DNA of 55,152 nucleotides, from the NCBI GenBank assembly GCA_934591725.1, contig CAKTPR010000001.1:1-55152 (forward strand). The letters are read 5' to 3'. Below are positions 8,268 through 17,643 of this stretch, in pieces. Position 1 is the stretch's first letter. Each line of letters opens with the position of its first letter. Below the pieces are notes generated by a model. The model made no database searches, was not told where the DNA came from, and saw only the letters and a list, made by a program, of their open reading frames with translations. The stretch is from an uncultured Oscillospiraceae bacterium (lineage in GTDB: Bacteria; Bacillota; Clostridia; Oscillospirales; Oscillospiraceae). A program made the translations under genes and the position numbers.

Positions 8268-9365
8268 ATGGCTGACCAAGTAACAAATTACCAGTGCCCG
8301 GCCTGTACAGGTCCGCTGCACTATGACGGCGCGAGCGGCAAACTCAAGTGCGACTATTGCGGCAGCGAGTATGAGGTCGCCGAGATAGAGGCGCTGTATA
8401 AGTATAAGGACGCGGCAGCGGCGGAAGCCTCCGCAAAGGCGGAGGAAAAAGCCGCGGACGGCGATTGGGAATATTCGGATAACGGCTGGGGCGAGGATGC
8501 AGCGCATATGCGCAGCTACAATTGCCCGAGCTGCGGCGCGGAGCTTATCTGTGATGATACCACCGCCGCGACGAGCTGTCCCTACTGCGGCAATCCCAGC
8601 ATCGTCCCCGGCCAGTTTACCAACTCTCTCAAGCCGGACTATGTCATTCCCTTCAAGCTCGATAAGAATGCCGCGAAGGCCGCCCTCAAGAAGTTCTACA
8701 GCGGCAAAAAGCTGCTGCCCAAGGGCTTTGCTTCCGAGAACCATATCGAGGAGATCAAGGGCGTGTATGTGCCGTTCTGGCTCTATGACGGCAGCGCCTA
8801 TGCGGATGTGCGCTACCATGCTACGCGCGTACATAGCTATACCGAGGGCAACGACCGCGTGACGCGCACCGAGCATTACGGCGTCCGCCGCGCGGGCACC
8901 GTGCAGTTTGAGCGTATCCCGGTCGACGCTTCCGAGAAAATGCCCGATGAGTATATGGACGCTGTTGAGCCTTATAATTATGATGAGCTCAAGCCCTTCT
9001 CCACGGCCTATCTGCCGGGCTACCTCGCGGATAAGTACGATGTGAGCGCCGATGAATGCTCAAAGCGCGCCGATGAGCGCGCTGCCAACACTGCCGTCAG
9101 TCTCATGGCCGAGAGCGTCATGGGCTACACCACCTGCGTTGAGGAGAGCAAGAATGTCAGCATCCGCCGCGGCAAGGTGAGCTATGCTCTCATGCCCGTC
9201 TGGATGCTCAGCACCAAGTGGAACGGGAAGAACTATCTCTTCGCCATGAACGGCCAGACCGGCCGTCTGATAGGCGACCTGCCTATATCGAAGGGCAAGT
9301 TCTTTGCGTGGTTTGCCGGCATAGCCGTGCCGCTCATGGCGGTCATGGCGCTGCTGTTTGGTTGA
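8268..9365 (+). CDS. Double zinc-ribbon membrane-anchored protein (YdjG-like)
   Basis: Two N-terminal zinc ribbons: YQCPACTG...KCDYCG and YNCPSCGA...SCPYCGN. A large soluble domain follows, then a single C-terminal TM helix (FFAWFAGIAVPLMAVMALLF). Confidence 0.65.
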   Translation: MADQVTNYQCPACTGPLHYDGASGKLKCDYCGSEYEVAEIEALYKYKDAAAAEASAKAEEKAADGDWEYSDNGWGEDAAHMRSYNCPSCGAELICDDTTAATSCPYCGNPSIVPGQFTNSLKPDYVIPFKLDKNAAKAALKKFYSGKKLLPKGFASENHIEEIKGVYVPFWLYDGSAYADVRYHATRVHSYTEGNDRVTRTEHYGVRRAGTVQFERIPVDASEKMPDEYMDAVEPYNYDELKPFSTAYLPGYLADKYDVSADECSKRADERAANTAVSLMAESVMGYTTCVEESKNVSIRRGKVSYALMPVWMLSTKWNGKNYLFAMNGQTGRLIGDLPISKGKFFAWFAGIAVPLMAVMALLFG

Positions 9366-9381
9366 GGAGAGGAGAGCGGAT

Positions 9382-10209
9382 ATGAAGAAAAGATTTGTTC
9401 TCGCCATGGTTCTCTGCATCGCGCTCTGCCTTGCCTTTGGCGGCGCGGCCTATGCATCCTCCGGCGGTAACTCCCTCGGCTATGTCAACGATGCTGTGGG
9501 GTTGCTGTCACTGGAAGAGCAGCAGGAGCTTGAGACCACCGCCGCGCAGCTTGCTGAGCGCTACGGCTGCGGCGTGTATGTAATTATCGTCGATGATTAC
9601 ACCGATTATACAAACGGCAGTACCAGAGATTTTGCGAAGGAGACTTATATAAATTATGACCTTGGTATAGGCGAAGGTAAGAACGGAATATTACTTGTGC
9701 TGAGTATGAGTGACAGGGACTACTATTTGCTTACCAAGGGTGATATTGCAAATGCGGCATTTACAGACTATGGACAAGAGCAGCTCACGCAAGAATTCTT
9801 GGACGATTTCCGCTATGACAACTGGTTCGACGGCTTCAGGGATTATATGAGCACTGCCGGGCAGTATCTTGAGGAATCGGAAAATGGAGCGCCTGTTGAT
9901 GTTCCGGGCTATAACGGCGGTTACGCCGAAAGCTCCTCCACGGGAGCAAATATCCTTATGATCGTCGGCGTGCCGTGCCTTATCTCTCTCGCCGTGTGCG
10001 GCGTCTTCGCCGCGCAGATGAAGACGGCAAGGCGCCAGACCGGTGCAATGGGCTACATAAGCCATGGCGGCGTGGATATGCGCGTCACGCAGGATCAGTT
10101 CCTCTATAATACCGAGACGCGCCAGCACATACCGGATAAGGATGATGCACCGCGTGGAGGAACGACTGTAGACTCACAGGGATTCTCAGGCAGAGGCGGC
10201 AAATTCTGA
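9382..10209 (+). CDS. TPM-domain protein (YdjH-like), secreted and membrane-anchored
   Basis: ORF trimmed to ATG 9382, with GGAGAG upstream. Signal peptide MKKRFVLAMVLCIALCLAFGGAAYA. TPM signature YVNDAVGLLSLEEQQELETTAAQLAERYGCGVYVIIVDDY. A TM helix and a Gly-rich tail follow. Confidence 0.8.
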   Translation: MKKRFVLAMVLCIALCLAFGGAAYASSGGNSLGYVNDAVGLLSLEEQQELETTAAQLAERYGCGVYVIIVDDYTDYTNGSTRDFAKETYINYDLGIGEGKNGILLVLSMSDRDYYLLTKGDIANAAFTDYGQEQLTQEFLDDFRYDNWFDGFRDYMSTAGQYLEESENGAPVDVPGYNGGYAESSSTGANILMIVGVPCLISLAVCGVFAAQMKTARRQTGAMGYISHGGVDMRVTQDQFLYNTETRQHIPDKDDAPRGGTTVDSQGFSGRGGKF

Positions 10210-10220
10210 ATATGCCTTAT

Positions 10221-10262
10221 AAAAATATCGGGCTGATGCTCTGCATCAGCCCGATATTTTTG
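10221..10262. terminator. Bidirectional terminator between the SPFH operon and the YhgE/Pip operon
   Basis: ATATCGGGCTGATGC (10225-10239) pairs with GCATCAGCCCGATAT (10243-10257). AAAA and TTTTT flank the stem. Confidence 0.85.
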
Positions 10263-10271
10263 TGGACTATT

Positions 10272-13031
10272 TTACATTATCCCGGATTTTTCCTTGCTTT
10301 CGGCAATGAGCTTGTTTATCGGCTTTGCCGGGTAATAGACCAGCAGTCCGAATATCGCAAAGCCCACGCACATCAGCAGCAGGATCGCCGCGCACCTGAG
10401 ATAGGTGTGGCCGTAGAAGCCGCCGATGGTTTCGCGTATCATGTCCATTCCGTAGTGGAACGGCATGAAGTCATAGAGCTTCTGGAAGAACTCCGGCAGA
10501 ACGTGTACCGGGTAGGAGCCGCCGGAACCTGCGACCTGGATGACCATGATTATGACCGCTGCCGCCATGCCGATATTGTCGAGCGCGTATACCAGCGCGT
10601 AGTTCATTGCCATGAAGTTGAGCGAGCATATGCAGCAGGCGAGGATCAGCAGCAGGGGATCTACGCTCTGCATTCCTACATAGAACATACAGCCCAGCGC
10701 GGTTATCACCGCCTGCGCCAGCACTATGCAGTTGAAGAGCATCTTGCGCCCGAAGTAGCGCTCTATCGGATTGCAGGTCAGGTATTCGGGATATCTCACC
10801 GGTACCTTTATCATCGTCGAGGACAGGAGCGAGCCGACAAACAGCGCCAGCATTATGTAGTACGGAGCCATTGCCGAGCCGTAATCCTTTATCTCGTATA
10901 TGACCACGGTGTTCAGTTCGACCGGGGACGCGAGGTAATCGGCGAGACTGTCGGGGTTGTTTTCAAGTATCTCGATCAGCTCGTTGAAGGCCTCGCTGCT
11001 GGTGAAGCGCCGTATGTCGTCGGATATCTGCTTGAGATATATCCGCACGGTGTTCGTCAGCGCGATGGAATCAGAGAGCGTACCCTGCATACTGCCGATG
11101 GCGTCGCCGTAGCCGCCGATGGTCTGCGAGATCCCGAACATTTTGCCCGCGTAATCATTCAGCATATCGCGCACGGTGGTGAGCACGGCCTCGGCGTTTC
11201 CGGCGTGCTCCTGAAGGAAGCCGTTGAGGGAGTCGTTAATTGTTATCGCCGCGGTGTAAAGCGCCTCCCGCACTCTGTCGAGAATGTCCAGCATCTCATC
11301 CATCGTGCCGGTGCCCGTCTCAATGAGGTTATACAGGTTATCCAGCCCCTCAAGCGCGGTGTCGATGGAAGGGGCCGTGTTCGGGTATTTGTCCTTGAAC
11401 TGGTTGAGGCTGTCCTCAAGAGCCGTGATGGAGTCGAGTATATCCTGCTTCGCCTGTGAGGTGGAAGTCCAGTTTGCCGCCTGAAGCCTGAGCGCGTCTG
11501 TCTGCGTCTTGAGCGAGAGGATCGCCGCGTAGTTCGATTCGAGCATCCCGCCGACACCGATGTTTGAGTACTGCGTGGATATCACCGCGTCTATCTCGTC
11601 GAGCATTGCTGTCGTGTCGGCGACGCAGAGGTCGCGCCCCGCTTCGCTTCCGATGTCCGCAACGTCGAACTGGTACTGCTCCGCCAGCGCGCACAGACTG
11701 TCGAGAGACGGGATGATCGCCTGAGCGCTCTGCGCCTCAATGATGAAGTTGTCTATAAGCGCCGTGAGCGCTGCGATCGCGCTGTCGGTGCTGTCACCGG
11801 CGGCCTCGCCGGCCGCTGCCGCGTCCGCCTCGTTCTGGAGCACGGAGCACCATGACGCCGTCTCATCGGACAGCTCCTGCGCCAGAGAATTGAGCGTGTT
11901 GAGCGAGCGGTCTATCTCGTCCTGAAGCGTGAGCGCGTCGGCAAGGCAGTCTGCCGCGTTTTGCAGGCAGTCCGCCGCAGCGTCACGGTCGTTCTCTATC
12001 GTGTCGACGTAGCCGAGAGCCTCATCCACATAGGCTGCCGCGTTGTCAAGCAGCGCCGCCTGCTCCGGGGATGCGGACTGAGCCGCCACGGTGAGGATAT
12101 CCGCGCTCAGCGAAGAGAGCGAGTCGCGCATTGAATCCTTGCGCACCGCGTCCGTTCCGCCGGTCTGTATCTTATCGAGCAGATCCTTGAACTGCGAGTC
12201 GATCTTCGTCAGTATCGCGTCTGTCCCGGCGCTGTGATCGTTCATCGAATCGGCAAAATTGACGATCGTCGTGTTTGCCGCGTCGGCCGTCGCCGCGGAG
12301 GACTCCATCACCTCGCCGAGGTCATAGATCGTAAGCTGCGCCGCGTCGAGAAGATTATCCATGTTCCCCGTCAGGTCGCGCAGCGAGACGAGCAGCGCGG
12401 ATATCTGCCCAAGACTGTCGCACGCGTTGTCAAGCCCGCTCGTCAGTCCGTTGGAAACATCATCGGCCTCGACGCCGAAAGCGCGCAGCACCGAGCTTAT
12501 CGTGTTTATCGCGCCCGCCGCCTTCTCGACGACGGTGTTGTTGACCTGCTCCTGAACGGCGGTCTTTGCCTTGTTCGTTATCTTCGGCGCGATCGCGTTC
12601 TTCTTTTCGTTCTCGTAGTATTCTATCTGCGGGTGCCTTAGATCGTTGTCGAGCAGACTTATGAAATCCCGCGTGAAGTCCTTCGACACTATGAGCGCCG
12701 CGTAGTAATCGCCGGAGTACACGCCCTCAAGCGCCTGCTGTCTGTCGTCAACGAACACCCAGCCGAGCTGGTTGTTCGCGGCCAGACCGTCCATAACGAG
12801 TGAGCCTATGTTCAGCTCCATGCCCATGAGCTTCGCGCCGCTGTCTTCGTTTGCCACCGCGACCTTTATGTTCGATGTGGACGACGGGCCGTAGGGGTCC
12901 CAGTTCGACAGAATGTTGAACCATGCGTACAGACACGGCACAAGGCACAGCCCTATAATGACCACCGATGCCACGACGCTGCTGGATATGCGCCGGAAGT
13001 CCGCACGGAAAATACCGAAAATATTCTTCAT
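10272..13031 (-). CDS. YhgE/Pip domain-containing membrane protein (919 aa)
   Basis: The N-terminus MKNIFGIFRADFRRISSSVVASVVIIGLCLVPCLYAWFNILSNWDPYG is the YhgE/Pip N-terminal signature. A helical ectodomain of about 550 aa follows. The C-terminus is a polytopic ABC-2-like membrane domain. Confidence 0.85.
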   Translation of the reverse strand: MKNIFGIFRADFRRISSSVVASVVIIGLCLVPCLYAWFNILSNWDPYGPSSTSNIKVAVANEDSGAKLMGMELNIGSLVMDGLAANNQLGWVFVDDRQQALEGVYSGDYYAALIVSKDFTRDFISLLDNDLRHPQIEYYENEKKNAIAPKITNKAKTAVQEQVNNTVVEKAAGAINTISSVLRAFGVEADDVSNGLTSGLDNACDSLGQISALLVSLRDLTGNMDNLLDAAQLTIYDLGEVMESSAATADAANTTIVNFADSMNDHSAGTDAILTKIDSQFKDLLDKIQTGGTDAVRKDSMRDSLSSLSADILTVAAQSASPEQAALLDNAAAYVDEALGYVDTIENDRDAAADCLQNAADCLADALTLQDEIDRSLNTLNSLAQELSDETASWCSVLQNEADAAAAGEAAGDSTDSAIAALTALIDNFIIEAQSAQAIIPSLDSLCALAEQYQFDVADIGSEAGRDLCVADTTAMLDEIDAVISTQYSNIGVGGMLESNYAAILSLKTQTDALRLQAANWTSTSQAKQDILDSITALEDSLNQFKDKYPNTAPSIDTALEGLDNLYNLIETGTGTMDEMLDILDRVREALYTAAITINDSLNGFLQEHAGNAEAVLTTVRDMLNDYAGKMFGISQTIGGYGDAIGSMQGTLSDSIALTNTVRIYLKQISDDIRRFTSSEAFNELIEILENNPDSLADYLASPVELNTVVIYEIKDYGSAMAPYYIMLALFVGSLLSSTMIKVPVRYPEYLTCNPIERYFGRKMLFNCIVLAQAVITALGCMFYVGMQSVDPLLLILACCICSLNFMAMNYALVYALDNIGMAAAVIIMVIQVAGSGGSYPVHVLPEFFQKLYDFMPFHYGMDMIRETIGGFYGHTYLRCAAILLLMCVGFAIFGLLVYYPAKPINKLIAESKEKSGIM

Positions 13032-13720
13032 ACCTTCACCACATCCTCCGCGTCCTCAGTTTCGCCGGCCTTTTCGCCGTTTGCCGGTGCTTCATCCGCC
13101 GCCGGTTCCGCGTCCTGTACCGCCTTTGCGGCGCTTTCGGCAATGGCCTCTGCCATTTCTGCCTCCAGCGCTTCCGCCTCTGCCGCTTTCTCCTCCGGAA
13201 GCTCCTCAAAGATGAACGGAGCCTCGATTATCGGCTCGGCGGCCTCCTGCGCTGCTTCCTCTTCGGCGGCTTCTTCGGCGGTCTCGCCGGTATCCGCGGA
13301 CGCCTCGCCGTTTGCCAGCTTCTCCTTCAGCTTGCGCAGCGGCAGCTGGCTGCGGCGCTCCTGAGCGGCGAGCCGAAGCTCCTCGATGTCGATCTCCGGC
13401 AGCTCTATCTCCGGCATGAGCGAATCATCCGGCAGCTCGTTTTCCATGCCGGTGATCTCCTCCAGCCGCTTCTGGATACCGTGGTCGACGTATTCCAGCG
13501 CGATGAGAAACGCCGCTATCACAAACGTCGAAACTATCCACAGCACGAGGAATATGCCCTTCGAGCCCTGCGTCAGGAACATGACCACCATAAACAGCAG
13601 CGGCACGATCAAGAGCATTTTCAGCCCCTGCCGTATGCCGACCTTTATGCGCTCGTGCAGGAGTTTTACTTCATCAAGCAGCCGGCCGTACAGCTGCTGG
13701 TATTTTTTGTGTTTACTCAT
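13028..13720 (-). CDS. Hypothetical two-TM membrane protein with a long acidic Ala/Glu-rich tail
   Basis: 230-aa ORF lying between the two YhgE/Pip genes. Its stop overlaps the downstream start (ATGA). It has two hydrophobic helices (MLLIVPLLFMVVMFL, IFLVLWIVSTFVIAAFLIAL) and then a tail of the type AEEAAEEEAAQEAAE...EAEALEAEMAEAIAE. Confidence 0.6.
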   Translation of the reverse strand: MSKHKKYQQLYGRLLDEVKLLHERIKVGIRQGLKMLLIVPLLFMVVMFLTQGSKGIFLVLWIVSTFVIAAFLIALEYVDHGIQKRLEEITGMENELPDDSLMPEIELPEIDIEELRLAAQERRSQLPLRKLKEKLANGEASADTGETAEEAAEEEAAQEAAEPIIEAPFIFEELPEEKAAEAEALEAEMAEAIAESAAKAVQDAEPAADEAPANGEKAGETEDAEDVVKV

Positions 13721-13759
13721 TGCCCGGCACCTCCGGAATAAATGTAGAGTCGTGTGTCA

Positions 13760-15811
13760 TCAGAACAGCTCCGTCTCCTCAAGCTTTTCCTCCATGAAGT
13801 GGTTGAGCCCGCTGAAAGGCTTGCTCACCAGCAGACCAATGACCAGCCCTATGACCGCGAAAATCATCAGCAGCGCGAGCTTCTGTACGTAGTGTGTGCC
13901 GTAAAGCCCGCAGATGCACTCGCGCATCATGTCTATCGCGTAGGGGAAGGGGAAGAGGATGTATATCCTGCGGTTGAACTCCGGCAGCAGCTCCACCGGG
14001 AAGGTGCCGCTCGAACCTGCGATCTGAAGCACCATAACTATGACGACGACCGCCTTGCCGACGTCGCCGAAGGAATAGGTCAGCGCGTAGATCAGCAGGC
14101 TGAAGGTCAGGCTCGTGAAGAAGCCTGTGAGGTACAGCAGCCCCGGATGCAGGCACTGTATTTTCAGTATGTACAGGTCACCCGCAATGATTATGAAGGC
14201 CTGGAGCTGGCTCATGATGAAGAAGAGGATATACCTGCCGAAGAACAGCTCCGTGCGAGTGGGGTCAACGAGGTTGTCGGTGCGTGCATGCGGCTTGAGT
14301 ATCGCAACGAGGATAACGCAGCCGACCCATATTGCCAGCACCGAGTAGAACGGCGCCATGGCCGAGCCGTAGTTGTCGATGGTGTAGACCTTGTTGACGG
14401 AGGTCTGTACCATTTCCGAGAAATATTCGCTGTATACCTCGGGACTTGCACCGAGGATATCGACGAGCGCGTCGACATAGTCCTGCGTGTCGATGCTGTC
14501 GAGCATGCGCAGCTTGTTTGCGATGTTCGTGCCGACCTGATGGAGGATGGGGCGCGCGGTGTCGAGCGTATCCTGAAGGGAATTGAGCGTCGCGCTCGCC
14601 GCCTGCGCCAGCAGCGCCGCATCGCTTGCAAGCCCGCGCATCTTGACGAGCGTGTCGGAAGCCTGACCGATGGTCACGGCGATGTCGTCACGCAGTCCCT
14701 GCGCCGTGGGTATCAGCTCCGCCGCGTGATTTATGAGGTCGGTCAGCAGGTCGTTCACCTGCGTGATGTCAAAGCCCGTGCCGCCGTTTGCGATCTGAGT
14801 GAAGTAATTCTGCAGCCGCTCGCACAGGTAGGCTGTCTCCTCCACGGCGGAGATCGTTATCTGATCGAATGTACCGTCCTGCTTTATCGCGTCCGCCCAG
14901 GAGTTGAGCGCATCGGCGATCTGTCCGAACGCCTCCGCCGCGCCCGATGCGCTTATCTCGACGTTTGCGCCGGGGATCGTGCCCTGAATGTAGTTCTTGT
15001 AATCCTCAAGCGCCTTCATCGCCTTTTCGTATGCGTTGTATATCGCGATGTTTATATCCGTGATCGAAGAGCCGGGGAAGGTCGTGCTGCCTATCGTGTT
15101 GAGAAGCTCTTCAAGCTTGGAGGAATCTATCGTCGGGATAGACACTCCGCTGCCGTTTCCGGAGGCCGCTGCGAAAGCGTCTATCGTGCGCACGCAGGAG
15201 TTGATGGTAGTCTTGGTGTCGTCGAGCACAGTCGCCAGCGAAACGGACTCGTCGTCCGTGAGCGTCGCGGCGATCTCATTGCCCTGCTTCATTATCGCGT
15301 TGACGACGACTTCGAGGTACGCTTCGCTGACAGTGCGGCGCACGGAGTCGACCGCCGTGTCGGTTATCTTTGTGGCGACTGCGTTTTTCTTCGCGTTCTC
15401 GTAATAGGTCAGGGAGGGCTTGCCGGTCCATTTTGTGAGCATGTTGAACATCTTATAGGAGAAGTCCGCATCGATAACGACCGACGCGTAGTATTCCCCG
15501 CTGTACACTCCGTCGATGGCCTGCTGCGCCGAGTCGCATACGACCCAGTTTATCGAGGTCGCCTCGCGCAGGTTATCCACAACGTCCTGACCCATGTTGA
15601 CAAACTCGCCGTCTTCAACACAGCCCTCGTCGCCGGAGTACAGACCGATGGATATGTTACCTGTGTTCCCATAGGGATCCCAGTTGGAGTATATGTTCAG
15701 CCAGGCATAGAGGCTGGGCAGTATGGTTATCGCCACAGCGACCGCCATCGCAAAGAAGCAGCGGCTGAGCGATTTTATATCGGTTTTGAAAACCGTCCAG
15801 ATGTTGCGCAT
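13760..15811 (-). CDS. YhgE/Pip domain-containing membrane protein (683 aa)
   Basis: The N-terminus MRNIWTVFKTDIKSLSRCFFAMAVAVAITILPSLYAWLNIYSNWDPYG carries the same signature as the 919-aa paralogue. It also has a helical ectodomain and a C-terminal polytopic domain. Confidence 0.85.
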   Translation of the reverse strand: MRNIWTVFKTDIKSLSRCFFAMAVAVAITILPSLYAWLNIYSNWDPYGNTGNISIGLYSGDEGCVEDGEFVNMGQDVVDNLREATSINWVVCDSAQQAIDGVYSGEYYASVVIDADFSYKMFNMLTKWTGKPSLTYYENAKKNAVATKITDTAVDSVRRTVSEAYLEVVVNAIMKQGNEIAATLTDDESVSLATVLDDTKTTINSCVRTIDAFAAASGNGSGVSIPTIDSSKLEELLNTIGSTTFPGSSITDINIAIYNAYEKAMKALEDYKNYIQGTIPGANVEISASGAAEAFGQIADALNSWADAIKQDGTFDQITISAVEETAYLCERLQNYFTQIANGGTGFDITQVNDLLTDLINHAAELIPTAQGLRDDIAVTIGQASDTLVKMRGLASDAALLAQAASATLNSLQDTLDTARPILHQVGTNIANKLRMLDSIDTQDYVDALVDILGASPEVYSEYFSEMVQTSVNKVYTIDNYGSAMAPFYSVLAIWVGCVILVAILKPHARTDNLVDPTRTELFFGRYILFFIMSQLQAFIIIAGDLYILKIQCLHPGLLYLTGFFTSLTFSLLIYALTYSFGDVGKAVVVIVMVLQIAGSSGTFPVELLPEFNRRIYILFPFPYAIDMMRECICGLYGTHYVQKLALLMIFAVIGLVIGLLVSKPFSGLNHFMEEKLEETELF

Positions 15812-15861
15812 AATTCCTCCATATACTCATATAAAATCATAAAAATGACATCGTACACTAT

Positions 15862-15890
15862 ATTATATAACGCGTTCGACGTGAAATCAA
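15862..15890 (-). promoter_or_regulatory. Promoter of the YhgE/Pip operon
   Basis: On the minus strand: TTGATT (15885-15890), a 17-nt spacer, then TATAAT (15862-15867). It lies about 50 nt upstream of the ATG at 15811. Confidence 0.5.
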
Positions 15891-16144
15891 GAGACAGAGC
15901 GGCACGGAATGCCTTAAATTAAACAAAGTCCGGCCACTGTCCGAGCCCACAGTATGCCACAAAAGATTAAGGAATAAATTAAAAAAGCTTTAACAAACAT
16001 AACGTACTGTGCAGTACCGCGCAAATTGACTGTTTCCCGCGCCGGCCTCCGCACCGCCTCCGAACATTTTGTTGTAAAAAGTCCGGGAATATGGTATCCT
16101 ATATAATACAGCAATTATGTCTATTCGGAAAGAAGGATCGCGCC

Positions 16145-16759
16145 TTGTACCGCAGATATGTAAAAAGACTGCTCGATATAATCCTCTCCGCCGCCGGAAC
16201 GGTGGTGCTCTCTCCGCTGTTTTTAATTATTGCCGCGGCGATAAAGCTCGAAGACCCCGGCCCTGTGTTCTTCCGCCAGAAGCGCATCGGCATACATAAG
16301 ACGACCTTCAATATCATGAAATTCCGCTCCATGCGCGTCGATACCCCGCGCGATATGCCCACCCATCTTCTCAGCGATCCGCAGCGCTGGATCACGAAGA
16401 TCGGCGGCTTCCTGCGCAAGACGAGCCTTGATGAGCTTCCCCAGATCCTCCAGATCCTTTCCGGGAAAATGAGCATCGTCGGCCCGCGCCCCGCGCTCTG
16501 GAACCAGTATGACCTTATTGCCGAGCGCGATAAGTACGGTGCGAACGACGTCACCCCCGGCCTTACCGGCTGGGCGCAGGTCATGGGGCGCGATGAGCTT
16601 GAGATCGAGGACAAGGCTCGCTATGACGGCGAGTATGCCCGGAACCTGAGCTTTGCCTTTGATGTCAGAATCTTCTTCATGACCATCGGCAGCGTCCTGC
16701 ACCATAAGGGCGTCGTCGAGGGCGGCACCGGAGAGATGAAAAAGGAGCGCAGACAATGA
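16145..16759 (+). CDS. Small monotopic phosphoglycosyl transferase (bacterial sugar transferase, EpsL/PglC-like), initiating enzyme
   Basis: Key segments are KRLLDIILSAAGTVVLSPLFLIIAAAIKLEDPGPVFFRQKRIG, MKFRSMRVD and DELPQILQILSGKMSIVGPRP. I prefer the TTG start at 16145 because AAGAAGGA lies 7 nt upstream and it gives the typical M-YRRYVKRLLD N-terminus. The tracked ATG at 16091 lies upstream of a TATAAT at 16102-16107. Confidence 0.8.
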   Translation: MYRRYVKRLLDIILSAAGTVVLSPLFLIIAAAIKLEDPGPVFFRQKRIGIHKTTFNIMKFRSMRVDTPRDMPTHLLSDPQRWITKIGGFLRKTSLDELPQILQILSGKMSIVGPRPALWNQYDLIAERDKYGANDVTPGLTGWAQVMGRDELEIEDKARYDGEYARNLSFAFDVRIFFMTIGSVLHHKGVVEGGTGEMKKERRQ

Positions 16760-17643
16760 TCGCTGTCACCGGCATCACCGGCCATTCCGGTAAGTTCTTC
16801 CTCAAACAGCTTGTTGATAACAATTATCCCGGCGATCTGCGCTGCCTTGTGCGCGAAAGCTCCGATACCTCTGCGCTCGACGCTTCCGGCCTCAATATAG
16901 AGAAGCTCTGCGGCAGCATCGATTCGGACGCCGACCTTGAGCGTCTGGTGCGCGGCGCGGATACCGTCGTGCATATCGCCGGTATCTGGAAGACCCCGCG
17001 CCTGCTTGCAGCCATTGAGCGCGTGGGCGGCGTGAAGCACGTCATTCTCGTGCACACCACCGGCGTGTATTCAAAATATAAGATGGCCTCCGCCGAGTAT
17101 AAGGCTGTCGAGGAGGATATGCAGCAGTACCTTGACCGCGGCATGAACATCACCATCCTCCGCCCCACTATGATTTTCGGCGACCTGCGCGACCATAACG
17201 TTTCCAAATTCATCCGCATGGTCGATAAGCTGCCTGTCATGCCGGAGATCGACCACGGCACAGGCCCCATCCAGCCCGTGAATGCGCGCGACCTCGGTCA
17301 GGCCTATTATAAGGCCGCCATGTGTGAGCGCCTGCCGCAGCTGGAGTATATCTGCTCTGGCGAGCGTCCCCTCACGGTGCATGAGCTGTGCGCGCTGATA
17401 GGGGAGTATCTCGGCAAAAAGACGCGCTTTGTGAGCTTTTCCATGGGCTTCGGCGTCTTTCTTGCCAAGGCTCTCAAGGCCGTGACCTTCGGGAAGAAGG
17501 ACTATGTCGAGAAAGTCCTGCGCCTCGGCGAAGACCGCAGCTTCAGCCATGAAGCCGCTTCGCGGGACTTCGGCTATGCGCCCGGCAGCTTCAATGACGG
17601 ACTCAAAAGGGAAGTCGAGGAATACATGAAGCATGGAAAGTAA
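16756..17643 (+). CDS. NAD-dependent epimerase/dehydratase family protein
   Basis: Rossmann N-terminus MIAVTGITGHSGKFFLKQL. The protein has SDR-like length and layout. The start is coupled to the previous stop by an ATGA overlap. Confidence 0.75.
   Translation: MIAVTGITGHSGKFFLKQLVDNNYPGDLRCLVRESSDTSALDASGLNIEKLCGSIDSDADLERLVRGADTVVHIAGIWKTPRLLAAIERVGGVKHVILVHTTGVYSKYKMASAEYKAVEEDMQQYLDRGMNITILRPTMIFGDLRDHNVSKFIRMVDKLPVMPEIDHGTGPIQPVNARDLGQAYYKAAMCERLPQLEYICSGERPLTVHELCALIGEYLGKKTRFVSFSMGFGVFLAKALKAVTFGKKDYVEKVLRLGEDRSFSHEAASRDFGYAPGSFNDGLKREVEEYMKHGK

Noticed and set aside
10212-15922. Plus-strand ORFs 10212..11459, 12968..13741 and 13754..15922 (up to 722 aa) opposite the YhgE/Pip operon.
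   Set aside because: They are antisense shadow ORFs with Arg/His/Val/Gly-rich nonsense-like translations. The minus-strand genes carry clear family signatures and are translationally coupled.
16091-16144. Tracked ATG start at 16091 for the phosphoglycosyl transferase.
   Set aside because: A TATAAT hexamer (16102-16107) lies inside this extension. A TTG at 16145 has a strong AAGAAGGA Shine-Dalgarno sequence and gives the N-terminus typical of the family. The choice is uncertain, so both starts are mentioned.
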